The notes beneath the pieces are model-generated. The model was not told the origin of the DNA, made no database searches, and saw only the letters and a program-made list of their open reading frames with translations. A program made the translations under genes and the position numbers. A stretch of 62,685 bases of DNA from a virus (lineage: Duplodnaviria > Caudoviricetes): positions 1 to 62,685 of IMG/VR virus record IMGVR_UViG_3300032242_000480. The stretch is one strand, 5' to 3'. Below, piece by piece: positions 27,520 to 37,324 of the stretch. Each line of letters begins with the position of its first letter. Within the stretch, counting starts at the first letter, position 1.

Positions 27520-28037
27520 CAGAACACCTCCGACCGAGCAACGGCCAAGGCTTCGCGCTCATGGTCAGGCTCTTGGTGCTCTGGCGGTGTTGTGGGTGGC
27601 GGGCCGGGTGTCCAAGTCTCGTCCAGCGCGGGGTTTGTGTAACCCATCCAGTTGAAGTTGGGCATGGCCGAGGCTTGTGGCGCGATTGTGTAGGTTGTGC
27701 CATTGGGCGCAGGAGGCGTTACTACCGGAGCGGCTACTACCGGAGCAGAAGGCCCAGCCATTGCTTCCGATACGGCCCCCACGCCCTTCTTTGCCATGAT
27801 GCCGCCAATACCGCCCACGATCAGCAAAACAATGTCGTTCAGCATTTTGGTGAAAGCCTGATCGATCGGAGCCATCGACTTGATGGGCTGCACCACAAAG
27901 ATCACGGAGTACAACATGGACGCAGTGATACCGGCGAACACCAGCATCACAATGATGACCACAAAACCCCAGATACGGAGTTCGTATTCTTCAGCGGTTA
28001 GCCGAGGCTTCGGATGCTGGTTGTTGAGCTTGAACAT
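27519..28037 (-). CDS. Two-TM membrane protein (holin candidate)
   Basis: Two hydrophobic helices and a Pro-rich tail; in the lysis cassette. Confidence 0.55.
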   Translation of the reverse strand: MFKLNNQHPKPRLTAEEYELRIWGFVVIIVMLVFAGITASMLYSVIFVVQPIKSMAPIDQAFTKMLNDIVLLIVGGIGGIMAKKGVGAVSEAMAGPSAPVVAAPVVTPPAPNGTTYTIAPQASAMPNFNWMGYTNPALDETWTPGPPPTTPPEHQEPDHEREALAVARSEVF

Positions 28038-28227
28038 TGGCCTGTTTCTCCAAAATGGGGGCTACAAGGTACTCCGGGCATGTCTGTGTAAACAGGCAGC
28101 GCGGCTTCTGGCATTCTTTGGCGTAGAACTGGTCAGGGTCTTGGCACTTGTACCGGTAGTGATCATTGCACCCATCCAGCAAAAGCGCCGTGGCGACCAA
28201 GGCGACGGCAAGCATGATCCATCTCAT
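27991..28227 (-). CDS. Small Cys-rich lipoprotein
   Basis: Signal plus LDG|C; YRYKCQDP..ECQKPRC...TCP. Confidence 0.7.
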   Translation of the reverse strand: MRWIMLAVALVATALLLDGCNDHYRYKCQDPDQFYAKECQKPRCLFTQTCPEYLVAPILEKQANVQAQQPASEASANR

Positions 28228-28538
28228 TTGTGCCCCATTTTTTCTTTGAGGACGGCAATCTCTTGCCGATTGTTCATGATGTCGTCGCGGTTCTTTTGGA
28301 TTTCCTTCTCCAAGTCCTGACGCAATTTTTCACGCGCCAGTTCCGCTCCGGTGTTGGAAGCCTGCTTGTTGTCGCTGGTCACCACCAAACTGATCTTGCT
28401 GTTCAAGATCGTGACTTCGTGTGACAGGCTCGACAGCGCCGTCATAAGATACACCACGCACGAAAACAGGAGCGGCAAAACCGCAAACGTGATCTTCTCG
28501 ATCAACGCGCCCTTTGCGTCTTGGGTTTGTTCGCTCAT
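28224..28538 (-). CDS. TM/coiled-coil protein
   Basis: One TM followed by a heptad-rich tail. Confidence 0.65.
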   Translation of the reverse strand: MSEQTQDAKGALIEKITFAVLPLLFSCVVYLMTALSSLSHEVTILNSKISLVVTSDNKQASNTGAELAREKLRQDLEKEIQKNRDDIMNNRQEIAVLKEKMGHK

Positions 28539-29038
28539 CGTTTGACACTCCACTTGGTGGTTGAACGGTAGTCATAGATCATGTAAACACCAAAGCCCAG
28601 CAGACTGAAGCAAACCACCACCGCCATGACCACGGCGATGATTTCAACCATCTCTTCCTTTTCCCGCTTGGCGCGTCTGGCGCGGTCGCGTTCGGCTTGG
28701 GCGGCATGCTTGTCTTCCTGATCCATTGCACGGACACGTTCTTGGATGTGCTCCCAGATGTCCATGTTGTTGGGAAAGAACAAACCCTTGAGTTGTTCCT
28801 CAAAGTCAGCCTGCGCCTTCAAAGCCAGTTCAATCTCAACCGCCTTGCCAAGGTTGGAGCCACCCTCCTTTTTGGTTTCCTTGACCGCCTTCAGCGCGGT
28901 GTGTTTGGCATCAAAGTAGTTGCCGATCAGCGGCCCAAGACTCGCAACATCATTGGCAGTTTTGGATGCCTGCTTGATGAGCGAGACTGCTTTTTGAACT
29001 GCGGCAAATGCCGCGAGGGCGGTACTGATCGGCTCCAC
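28535..29038 (-). CDS. Hypothetical membrane protein
   Basis: MEPISTALAAF N-terminus, coiled coil, C-terminal TM. Confidence 0.7.
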   Translation of the reverse strand: MEPISTALAAFAAVQKAVSLIKQASKTANDVASLGPLIGNYFDAKHTALKAVKETKKEGGSNLGKAVEIELALKAQADFEEQLKGLFFPNNMDIWEHIQERVRAMDQEDKHAAQAERDRARRAKREKEEMVEIIAVVMAVVVCFSLLGFGVYMIYDYRSTTKWSVKR

Positions 29039-29046
29039 GATTTACC

Positions 29047-29556
29047 TCAAGGCTGAACGGGCCAGTCAATTGTCCAAGGAAAACCTGACTGCTTTGTGAC
29101 ATCGCGCAGGGCTTGGCGGTATGTAGCCCACACAGCTTTGTCCACCGGGGAATCAGCAAGCTGCGTCCAGTCAGATGCAGCCAACTTGGTGGTGCGTTCG
29201 GCACGAACAGATACGGCCTGTGCGGCGTCCTTCATGGCCCTGTAAGCGGCTTCCTGTTCGGCGGCGGTTTGAGCAGGCTCTGTCTCAGTGGCAGGGCGAT
29301 CGGTGAAGACTGGGCCAAGGATGTACTTGGTGTACCACTGGCCGTTGATCTGTTCCACGCCATCGTACTGGCTGTACTGGTAGTGGTTGCCGCCAGTTGC
29401 CTGTGGGCCTTCCAGCACGATGTCACCAGCAGGGTCTTCCGTGTAGGCATCAAGCCATTCCTGAGTCAGAGGCGTGGATGGCAGGTTGTGGGCAAAGCGA
29501 GTGCGGAACTCACTCTCGTACATGACCTCACCAGTTGAACGCAGACGAATTTGCAT
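29047..29556 (-). CDS. Tail fibre assembly chaperone
   Basis: R..R...L..SDWTQL.D.P....W..YRQALRD...Q.GFP..I.WP. Confidence 0.85.
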   Translation of the reverse strand: MQIRLRSTGEVMYESEFRTRFAHNLPSTPLTQEWLDAYTEDPAGDIVLEGPQATGGNHYQYSQYDGVEQINGQWYTKYILGPVFTDRPATETEPAQTAAEQEAAYRAMKDAAQAVSVRAERTTKLAASDWTQLADSPVDKAVWATYRQALRDVTKQSGFPWTIDWPVQP

Positions 29557-29567
29557 GATGTGCTCCT

Positions 29568-31586
29568 TTAAGCGATTGCAAGAAAGATGTATGTACTACC
29601 AGAGGCGTTTATACCTGCGGCAGTGCTGACGATTTGGAAGCCGCCAGTTGCGGTGTAGATGCTGTTTGCGTTGACTTCAGCAGCAGTGCTGTTCAGCAGC
29701 AACGATGGGTCTGTGCCGGATACCATGCCACGGGCTGTGTCCCAGACATACCAGTCACCTGTTGTATTGGTGCGCTTGACGAGGACAAACCGTGCCCCAC
29801 CTGTAAAGCCACAAGAGATAGTCTGCGTTGCACCAGTGCCTGTGTAGCTGCCGACTTTGGAAACGCCGGGGCAGGTTGCAAAGAGGTAGGCAACATAATT
29901 GTCACCGCTCACATTGGTGTCCCCCACATCTCCAACCGTAAAGGTTGTTGAGGTTGGCGTGGTCGCATTCCACATGGAAGAACTTGCAGTTGAAGCAGCG
30001 GTTGTGTTGAGAATCAGGTACGCACTTGCGCCAGTAGTTGCACTGTACACTTGCCAACGTTTAATATTGCTTCGATCCTTGACAATGATTAACTGAGGTA
30101 CAGCTTGTAAATTATGCGTCAATGAAAGCGCCGATGTTCCATCCCCCGTATAGCAAACCTCATCAAAGAAGCCGGGGGCGCGGGAAAAAATCCAATCAAT
30201 GTAGTTGACACCGCTGTTGTTTCCTTGCGGATTACTTTGCATCGCAACTGAATATTGACTTAAACCAAAATTTGTAATTGAACCATTAATAGACCCAGAT
30301 TCTTCTTGCATTGTACTTGTTGTTGCAATGACGTTTTGATACGTACCGCCGACACCACGAAGACGATCTTGTGTCCACCCTTCAGTCAGTTGCCCAGTAG
30401 ATGTGCGAGCCATTTGAATGCTTAAGTCAGGAAGATTGGGAAAAGTCAAAGATGAGACAGTTCCTGTGTATGTATTTGGATTAAACACCTTAGTCGCATC
30501 CGTAGGCACTTTCATCGGGCCACGGCGTATGGCGATGTAAATAATTTTGTCCCCAGCAGTAAAAAGAGAATTATGAACAAATCCTGTTGCTGTTGGATAT
30601 AACTTGTTGGCGCTCAATACGGTTTCTGCATTCGAAAGGTTTGGATCAAGTAATTGCCCACCTGTCAAAGAAAACCCGCGCATATTATCAACGATGTACC
30701 AGTTATCCGCAGATGTTGCATCTTTTACAAGCAGCCATTGTGGTTCGTAGCCAAGCGTTATTGTGTCTGTTGCAGATGCAGTCCAAGACCCGCACGAAAT
30801 CACATTGTCCGTACCCGTCAGGCCAAAGCCTCCTGCGTTGTGGGCGAATAGGTAGGCAACGTAAGAAGCGCCTGATGCGTTTGATCCAGAATATGTACCA
30901 ACTGAAAAAACTGAACTTGTTGGTGCAGTGCTATTCCAAAATGTTGGGCTAGAAGTTTGCGCTATGTTTGAGTTTAGGAAAAACGAGTACGCTGCACTGG
31001 TTAATCCGTTATGATAAACAGCCCAGTTTTGCGAACCATCCAATCTTTTGACGATGATGCAACCGGGAACACTACCAAGGTTATGCGGGATTGTTGTGTT
31101 TGCACCAGTTCCCGTATATGTCACTATATCAAAGAACTTTGGCTGCTTACGAAACGTCCATGAGGCGTAAGTTGCTGCGCTGGTGTTGTAGTTTGTATCT
31201 GCGCCAATGGTAAATCCAGTTGAACCAAAAGCAGTTAAGCCCGTGGTGTCTGTCGTCTGTGGCCCAGTGGTTTCGCTAATTAGCGCTTTAGTTGCGCCTC
31301 GAACTGTATCTGTCAGTTTGTTACTTGTGGCAGCACTTCTACTTTTAATCCAAGTCAATCCACCTTTAGTTAAATCAATATTATTGGTAATGGTTTGAGT
31401 CGCACCAGTACCTGTGTACAGCCAAGTGCTGAACACATCTTCGATGTAGTTGAAGGGTTGGCTGGGCCAAGTGCCAGCTTGTTGAGCTTGCTCCTGCTGG
31501 TCGAGCGTCCAGATGCCCGGAGCCGAAGAGGTCGTAGGCACAACTGGAGTTTGAGAGATGATCCCGCCGGGGTAGCGTTCAGACAT
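29568..31586 (-). CDS. Tail fibre/receptor-binding protein, paralogue A
   Basis: Repeated YTG.G / FFD.V.YTG / YVAYLFA modules; Thr/Gly/Ser-rich; upstream of the chaperone. Confidence 0.75.
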   Translation of the reverse strand: MSERYPGGIISQTPVVPTTSSAPGIWTLDQQEQAQQAGTWPSQPFNYIEDVFSTWLYTGTGATQTITNNIDLTKGGLTWIKSRSAATSNKLTDTVRGATKALISETTGPQTTDTTGLTAFGSTGFTIGADTNYNTSAATYASWTFRKQPKFFDIVTYTGTGANTTIPHNLGSVPGCIIVKRLDGSQNWAVYHNGLTSAAYSFFLNSNIAQTSSPTFWNSTAPTSSVFSVGTYSGSNASGASYVAYLFAHNAGGFGLTGTDNVISCGSWTASATDTITLGYEPQWLLVKDATSADNWYIVDNMRGFSLTGGQLLDPNLSNAETVLSANKLYPTATGFVHNSLFTAGDKIIYIAIRRGPMKVPTDATKVFNPNTYTGTVSSLTFPNLPDLSIQMARTSTGQLTEGWTQDRLRGVGGTYQNVIATTSTMQEESGSINGSITNFGLSQYSVAMQSNPQGNNSGVNYIDWIFSRAPGFFDEVCYTGDGTSALSLTHNLQAVPQLIIVKDRSNIKRWQVYSATTGASAYLILNTTAASTASSSMWNATTPTSTTFTVGDVGDTNVSGDNYVAYLFATCPGVSKVGSYTGTGATQTISCGFTGGARFVLVKRTNTTGDWYVWDTARGMVSGTDPSLLLNSTAAEVNANSIYTATGGFQIVSTAAGINASGSTYIFLAIA

Positions 31587-31596
31587 GTGTTATCCC

Positions 31597-33669
31597 TTAT
31601 GCGATTGCGAGGAAGATGTAGCTGGCAGCGTTGGTGTTGATCGCCGCCAAGACTGCTGCGTTGACTGCAAAGCCTGTGGTCACTGTGGTGACAGAGCCAA
31701 GCGTAGCAGTGCTTGCTGTTGAGCCGCTATTAAACAATAAATACGGGTCTGTCAGTGTGGTCATGCCACGGGCTGTATCGTACACATACCAGTTGCCACC
31801 AACTCCGTTTGTGCATTTAATCAGCACAAACCGAGCGCCGCCAGCAAAGCCGCAGTTGATCGTTTGCACTGTGCCGTTGCCTGTGTAGCTGCCGACTTTG
31901 GAAACGCCGGGGCAGGAGGCAAACAGGTAGGCAATAAATGTTTGGCTTGCGCCGTTTGTAAAGTCCTGTGTGCCAACAGTAAATACAGACGCTGTTGGTG
32001 CGGTACTGTTCCAGTACGTCGAGTCAGCAGTGGAGGCATCCGTTCTGTTGAGCGCCAAAAAGTTTGCTGCCGTTGTGGGGGCAGAGTACGTTGCCCAATA
32101 GCCTCCGCCTGAACGCTTTTTCACGAACATCAATTCAGGCGCAACCCCCAAATTGTGCGAAACAGTTGTTGCAGCACCCGTCCCTGTATAACAAACCTCA
32201 TCAAAAAAACTGGGGGCACGTTGATAATTTAAATAAAGCGTAGATGTTGTTTGGCCATATACAGGAATGCTAAAACTTGTATTGTTCCAGTTATTTGACG
32301 CTTGATACCCGGAAGCATTTTCCAAACTTGAAGCAGACGTTAAAAGTGTAGGGTAATAACCAAGATCAGACGGAATGGAAGATGATCCACGCAGCCTATC
32401 AACGACCAAAGAATAACTACCATCACCTGTTGTAGTGCCAACAAATTGACTGTCAATACGAAACCCTGTTGTGTTTACAGTATCTCTTGCGGCTGAAGAT
32501 AAAACAGGCGCAAATACCTTAGTCGCATCCGTAGGCACTTTCATCGGGCCACGGCGGATGGCGATGTAGATGAATGTGGTGGAAGCAGCAAATCCAGAGA
32601 ATTGAAGACCCGTAGCGGTAGGCCCCCAATAACCTGCGCCGCTTTCTGCTGAAGCTGTATTTGCGTACAATATTTGATCGCCGACACCGCTAGTAGTGGT
32701 CATCCCGCGCATTACATCACTAATATACCAAACACTAGTTACACTTTGTGCTTTAAATATTAAAAATTGTGGTTCATAGCCAAGGTTTACAGTCGCATTA
32801 CCACTGCCATCAGTCGTAAACGACCCACACGAAATCACATTGTCCGTACCCGTCAGGCCAAAGCCTCCTGCGTTGGAAGCAAAGATGTAGGCAACGTAAG
32901 TGCGACCAGAAGTATTGGTGTCACCACTTGAGCCAACAGTAAACACTGTTGATGTCGGGTCAACATATGTTGAATTATTGCCAAAAACAGTTCTGGCTTG
33001 CAAACTGGACTGCGCTCCAGTTGCATTTAGCTCAATATAGTATCCAGCACTTAATCCCATATGCCAAACCTTCCAATAAGTGCTGTTGTCGCTTGTGCAT
33101 TTAACAATAACGCAACCCGGAACGGAACCTAGACTGTGTGCAATATTTTGCGTAGAACCATTCCCCGTATACGTCACCACATCAAAGAACTTTGGCTGCT
33201 TGCGAAATGTCCACGAGGCAAATGTTGTGTTTGCCCCGTTCATTGCAGCATAGTCGCCAGTGGTAAAACCCGTTGTGGAGAAAGTTGGGGAAGCGTTACC
33301 GCCGCTGGAAATGCTGTAATTTGCAGCCGTAGTGTTTGACGCAAGCGTAAGGTTTGCGCCCCTTGCTGTATCAATCCAACTGTGATCACCAATTGAGTTT
33401 GTGCCAGCACGGCCCTTTACCCAAACCAATCCGCCATTAGCAGATAAGTTAATCCCGTTTGTAATGGTTATGTTGCCTGCATTACCTGTGTAAAGATATG
33501 TGCTGAACACATCCTCGATGTAGTAAAAGGGTTGGCTGGGCCAGTTACCAGCACCTTGAGCTTGCATCTGCTGTTGCAGAGTCCATGATCCGGGCGCAGT
33601 TCCACCTCCGCCGCCAGTAGTTGTTGGCGGTGTTGCAGAGATGACCGCGCCTTTGTATCGCAAACTCAT
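31597..33669 (-). CDS. Tail fibre/receptor-binding protein, paralogue B
   Basis: Same architecture as paralogue A, with shared identical DNA blocks. Confidence 0.75.
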   Translation of the reverse strand: MSLRYKGAVISATPPTTTGGGGGTAPGSWTLQQQMQAQGAGNWPSQPFYYIEDVFSTYLYTGNAGNITITNGINLSANGGLVWVKGRAGTNSIGDHSWIDTARGANLTLASNTTAANYSISSGGNASPTFSTTGFTTGDYAAMNGANTTFASWTFRKQPKFFDVVTYTGNGSTQNIAHSLGSVPGCVIVKCTSDNSTYWKVWHMGLSAGYYIELNATGAQSSLQARTVFGNNSTYVDPTSTVFTVGSSGDTNTSGRTYVAYIFASNAGGFGLTGTDNVISCGSFTTDGSGNATVNLGYEPQFLIFKAQSVTSVWYISDVMRGMTTTSGVGDQILYANTASAESGAGYWGPTATGLQFSGFAASTTFIYIAIRRGPMKVPTDATKVFAPVLSSAARDTVNTTGFRIDSQFVGTTTGDGSYSLVVDRLRGSSSIPSDLGYYPTLLTSASSLENASGYQASNNWNNTSFSIPVYGQTTSTLYLNYQRAPSFFDEVCYTGTGAATTVSHNLGVAPELMFVKKRSGGGYWATYSAPTTAANFLALNRTDASTADSTYWNSTAPTASVFTVGTQDFTNGASQTFIAYLFASCPGVSKVGSYTGNGTVQTINCGFAGGARFVLIKCTNGVGGNWYVYDTARGMTTLTDPYLLFNSGSTASTATLGSVTTVTTGFAVNAAVLAAINTNAASYIFLAIA

Positions 33670-33681
33670 AGCGGCTCCAAA

Positions 33682-34074
33682 TCAAGAAATGTTTTCGTAG
33701 CTGATGCTGAACGTCAGGGCGTTGGCGGTGCCGGATGTGATGGTGATCGACGTACCTTCTTGCAGGTAAACCGATGTTGTCTTGTCCATTGCAATCAAAG
33801 AAGCGCCGTTTGGTACAGCTACAGTCGAAATGATTGGGTACGCCGTACCGCCCGAAGGAGCAGAGCCTTGAGCAACAGCGCCGTTGGTGTAGATGGATAC
33901 CGTGGCGTTGGCTGTGCTACCTGTGGTGTTGGAAACCACGATTTGGTTGATCTTGAAGACCAGACCAGAAGCCGCAGCATTAGGCAGCAGCACCACGGCG
34001 GTTGTACCGGATGGTGTGTAGTAGGTGGTCGTGCCGTAAATGGCACTGACGTTGACTATGTTCGGGTTTGCCAT
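33682..34074 (-). CDS. Virion structural protein
   Basis: MANPNIVNV, beta-sandwich-like composition. Confidence 0.7.
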   Translation of the reverse strand: MANPNIVNVSAIYGTTTYYTPSGTTAVVLLPNAAASGLVFKINQIVVSNTTGSTANATVSIYTNGAVAQGSAPSGGTAYPIISTVAVPNGASLIAMDKTTSVYLQEGTSITITSGTANALTFSISYENIS

Positions 34075-34083
34075 GATGACTCC

Positions 34084-34671
34084 TTAGAAACCGAAAATGA
34101 GTGAAAAAGCGATGGACTTGCCAGCAGTGATGCCACCGCTGGAAGGTGAGGATACCCAATTGGTTCCGTCAGATGTCAGGACGTTACCAGACGTACCAAC
34201 GGCAGACAAACCTGTACCGCCGTGTGACGGAGTAAGAACGCCACTGACATCCGTGCCAAGGGCGATGGGGTTGCTGACGATCTTGTCATAGTCCGTGCCG
34301 TTCCAAGAAACGATTGCCCGGACGCCTGCGGCCAGAGTGACACCTGTCGTTGGGCCTGCGCCGCGAATGACGATCGGGGCCGTGCCTGCGTTGATGACGA
34401 TGTACGCTTTGCTCTGTGCGGGCGCAGTGATGTACCGTGTTACCGAATTGGTAGCAGCCCACAAGATGATGGCTTCACGCGAAGTGTTGGATGCACCCAG
34501 CGTAGTGGTCAGTGTGACATCGGCATCCGTGGTCAGTGTGGTTGTGCCAGCGATCGCGGAGTCAATCAGCGATGTAATTGAGTCGTTGACTGTTGTGCCC
34601 CAAGTGCCTTGCAGGTCACCTGTGGTCGGCAGCGCAAGACCAAGTAGCGGGGAGAAGTTGGTTACGGCCAT
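34084..34671 (-). CDS. Tail fibre proximal protein
   Basis: GTWG.TVN, GGTG, GNVLTSDGT.W fibre motifs. Confidence 0.65.
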   Translation of the reverse strand: MAVTNFSPLLGLALPTTGDLQGTWGTTVNDSITSLIDSAIAGTTTLTTDADVTLTTTLGASNTSREAIILWAATNSVTRYITAPAQSKAYIVINAGTAPIVIRGAGPTTGVTLAAGVRAIVSWNGTDYDKIVSNPIALGTDVSGVLTPSHGGTGLSAVGTSGNVLTSDGTNWVSSPSSGGITAGKSIAFSLIFGF

Positions 34672-34680
34672 GATGATCCT

Positions 34681-35571
34681 TTATAGGGCCAGAATACGCA
34701 TTGCCTGCGCGTAGGACTTGGAAGCCGATGTAGGGGTTGACCAAGTTGGCGGGGCAGCAGAGCCAGCAGAAGTCAGCACCTGTCCGGCAGTGCCATATCC
34801 GGTCGTGCCCGTTGTAGCGGCGCTGGTTCCCAAGTTGGTTGTCAAGCCAATCGCCCCGGCAGCGTTGATTACATGGGCTGATTGACCCGCTGTACCCCAA
34901 GCCAAATATGTTTTGAATCCATTCCCCGAACCTACGGTGACATCCCCATCGTGTGCAGAGAAGTAAACCCCGTTGTTCATTGAGAAGAAGTCTGTGTATG
35001 TCGTTGAGGCATACGCAGAGGAGTTCATGCCAAATTCACCGTAGTACGTTGAATCTGTTCCCAAGTCGTTGGAGAGGACGTAGTTGGTAGAAGCGCCAGA
35101 AGTCCCGCTCTTGTTTTGAATTACTGTTTGCAAGTAGCTGTTTGCTACAGATGCGCCCGAAGTGAAACCAGAGTTGCTGGCGTTGAACGTCAAGTTTGGC
35201 GTTGTGCTGGTGGTCGAGTTGACAACCAGAACTGGAACGATGACCGTACCGGAGCCGTCTTGGTTGACGGATTTGCCCGATGGGTACGTGACAAACACAT
35301 CTTTGGTTCCGGCGCTGAAGTTGACCAGCGAGCCAGAGTTGCTTGAGGACAGCACGGTAGTGCGAGCCAATGTGGTGCCGGACGATGTGTACGTACCGAT
35401 ACCCACTTCCCATTCAGAGCCGGTTTGACCTGCAATTGTGTAGAACGTGGTGTTGCCGTTGCCGATCACGGCAAACGATTGGTAGCCCGTGGAAGCGCCG
35501 AGCAAAGTCACCGTACCAGTACCAGTGGTAGTGGTAGTCTCCTTTACGCGATCTGCTAAAACAAGTGCCAT
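34681..35571 (-). CDS. Tail fibre/structural protein
   Basis: MALVLADRVKETTTTTGTG, WEVGIGTY, GQVLTSAG. Confidence 0.7.
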   Translation of the reverse strand: MALVLADRVKETTTTTGTGTVTLLGASTGYQSFAVIGNGNTTFYTIAGQTGSEWEVGIGTYTSSGTTLARTTVLSSSNSGSLVNFSAGTKDVFVTYPSGKSVNQDGSGTVIVPVLVVNSTTSTTPNLTFNASNSGFTSGASVANSYLQTVIQNKSGTSGASTNYVLSNDLGTDSTYYGEFGMNSSAYASTTYTDFFSMNNGVYFSAHDGDVTVGSGNGFKTYLAWGTAGQSAHVINAAGAIGLTTNLGTSAATTGTTGYGTAGQVLTSAGSAAPPTWSTPTSASKSYAQAMRILAL

Positions 35572-35580
35572 ATTCAGTCC

Positions 35581-36609
35581 TTACACAACCATATCAACTT
35601 CTTGCCAACCCGGTGTTTGCTCATCGCTCACCAGTGACCAGCCAGCCGTCTGTGCATCATCCACATTTTGCCAGTTTGGAGTCTCGCTGTCATCTATGGT
35701 TGTCCAATAGAAGTCCCGCATCGTCCCCAGTTTTCCAGCAGCCTGCACACCTGTGAGCGCCACAGTCCGGTTGGCGCTTGGGATTGACCCAACCCTACCA
35801 GCCGCCTGCACTCCGGTCAGGAATGCTACATACGAAAAACCTACCGTACCAACTGCGCCTTGAGCCGAAACACCGGTCAGGGCAACCGTGATGTTGTCAC
35901 CTTCAACGCCCACTGCACCAGTGGCTTGAACACCTGTCAGGGCAAGAGTCTGGTTGAACCCAACCGAACCAACTGCGCCAGCAGCAGCCACGCCAGTCAG
36001 AGCAACGGATTTTGCAACCCCAACAGTCCCGACCTGCCCGTATCCAATGACGCCAGATTCGGCCTCAGTCTCCGTTGCAACCACCGTTCCCACTGCACCA
36101 GCAGCGGATACACCCGTGAGAGCTTTGGATGCACCTTGAGAAACCGTGCCCACCGAGCCAGCGGCTTGAACTCCTGTGAGCGCAACCGATTGACTCTCAG
36201 TAACCGTACCAACCGACCCAGATGCGGCAACGCCCGTGATGGCGATTGTCAGGTTTGCTGTTGCATTCCCCGCGAACCCGGAAGCCGCAACGCCCGTCAG
36301 GGCTGTTGTTGAGGTAACGGTAGCTGTACCGACCGACCCGGAAGCCTGAACCCCAGTGACGGCAACCGGAACCGCATATCCAACCGATCCGACTGCTCCA
36401 GAAGCTGCAACACCTGTCAGCGCAGCAGACTTTGCGGTTGCAACAGACCCAACCAAACCAGCGGCTTGAACCCCAGTTGTAGCCACTTGCGCATTGGCCG
36501 TGGCTGTACCTACCGCGCCAGAAGCCTGAACGCCGGTAAGTGCAACAACAACCGTCTGCCCCGAAAGCGAGGCGAACGGCGCACCTGCAAATGGGGCTAT
36601 ACCGAACAT
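35581..36609 (-). CDS. Repeat-rich virion protein
   Basis: About 13 tandem ~21-aa repeats, VALTGV(Q/A)A.G.VG.V. Confidence 0.75.
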   Translation of the reverse strand: MFGIAPFAGAPFASLSGQTVVVALTGVQASGAVGTATANAQVATTGVQAAGLVGSVATAKSAALTGVAASGAVGSVGYAVPVAVTGVQASGSVGTATVTSTTALTGVAASGFAGNATANLTIAITGVAASGSVGTVTESQSVALTGVQAAGSVGTVSQGASKALTGVSAAGAVGTVVATETEAESGVIGYGQVGTVGVAKSVALTGVAAAGAVGSVGFNQTLALTGVQATGAVGVEGDNITVALTGVSAQGAVGTVGFSYVAFLTGVQAAGRVGSIPSANRTVALTGVQAAGKLGTMRDFYWTTIDDSETPNWQNVDDAQTAGWSLVSDEQTPGWQEVDMVV

Positions 36610-36640
36610 GGTTTAAACGGCGAGTTACCGCCGCCCCCTA

Positions 36641-37120
36641 TCAGGTTGTAGCCAAGCGCAACAGAGCGGTCGTAGTGCTGTTGGATGGCATCGTCAATGT
36701 AAACGTGCCAGCAGTGATAGTCTGCGAGCCAAAGGTGTGAACGCTGACGGCCTTGTTAGCTTGAGTCGAGTTGTAGATCAACACAGTGTCAAAGGCGGTT
36801 GACAAGGTCACGCTGGAATACGTGATGCTTGCGGAAGGCGTCCAGTAACCTACACCAGCCGTCGAGGACGAGTTGGTTGAGGTTGGGTTGGTTGCGTTGG
36901 TCACAGTCACACCACCCGCCGTATAACCAGTACCAGTCACCTCGCCGGTAGCTGAGTAAGCGGTTGTGCTGGCGTTCAAAGTGGCTGTAGTCAGGTACAG
37001 CGCAGCCTTAAAAGTATCAGCAGTGCTGGCAGTGTGGGCTGGGTTGGCCGAACTGAAGTTGTGAGTGGCACTGAGAAGTTCACCAAGGAACGAAGTACAC
37101 ATGCTTTGGGTGTTTGCCAT
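36641..37120 (-). CDS. Virion structural protein
   Basis: FKAALY..EV.GTGYTAGG; paralogous to 37324-37746. Confidence 0.75.
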   Translation of the reverse strand: MANTQSMCTSFLGELLSATHNFSSANPAHTASTADTFKAALYLTTATLNASTTAYSATGEVTGTGYTAGGVTVTNATNPTSTNSSSTAGVGYWTPSASITYSSVTLSTAFDTVLIYNSTQANKAVSVHTFGSQTITAGTFTLTMPSNSTTTALLRLATT

Positions 37121-37129
37121 GATGGCTCC

Positions 37130-37324
37130 TTATGCAATTTGCGCTGCTTCTGCAAACAGCGCGGGAGAGGTTTTGAGGGTGACATGTGCAGAACGATGTA
37201 CCAGTTCTCCATCAAGCCAGTATTCAGTCCATGTGGTCAGTTCAACCTCATTGTCGATGGAACCTTCCCGCTTTTCAAGCAGAGATTCGTCCATGTCGCC
37301 TTTGGTGGTGGTGATGAGTGCCAT
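37130..37324 (-). CDS. Small hypothetical protein
   Basis: MALITTTKGDMD...EYWLDGELVHRSAHV. Confidence 0.7.
   Translation of the reverse strand: MALITTTKGDMDESLLEKREGSIDNEVELTTWTEYWLDGELVHRSAHVTLKTSPALFAEAAQIA

Noticed and set aside
29568-33669. Diversity-generating retroelement or invertible shufflon at the tail fibres
   Set aside because: No reverse transcriptase or invertase is present, the repeats are direct and identical, and there is no adenine-specific TR/VR mismatch pattern.
35581-36609. Tandem DNA repeat or VNTR
   Set aside because: The periodicity is at the protein level (~21-aa repeats) with divergent codons, typical of a structural repeat protein.
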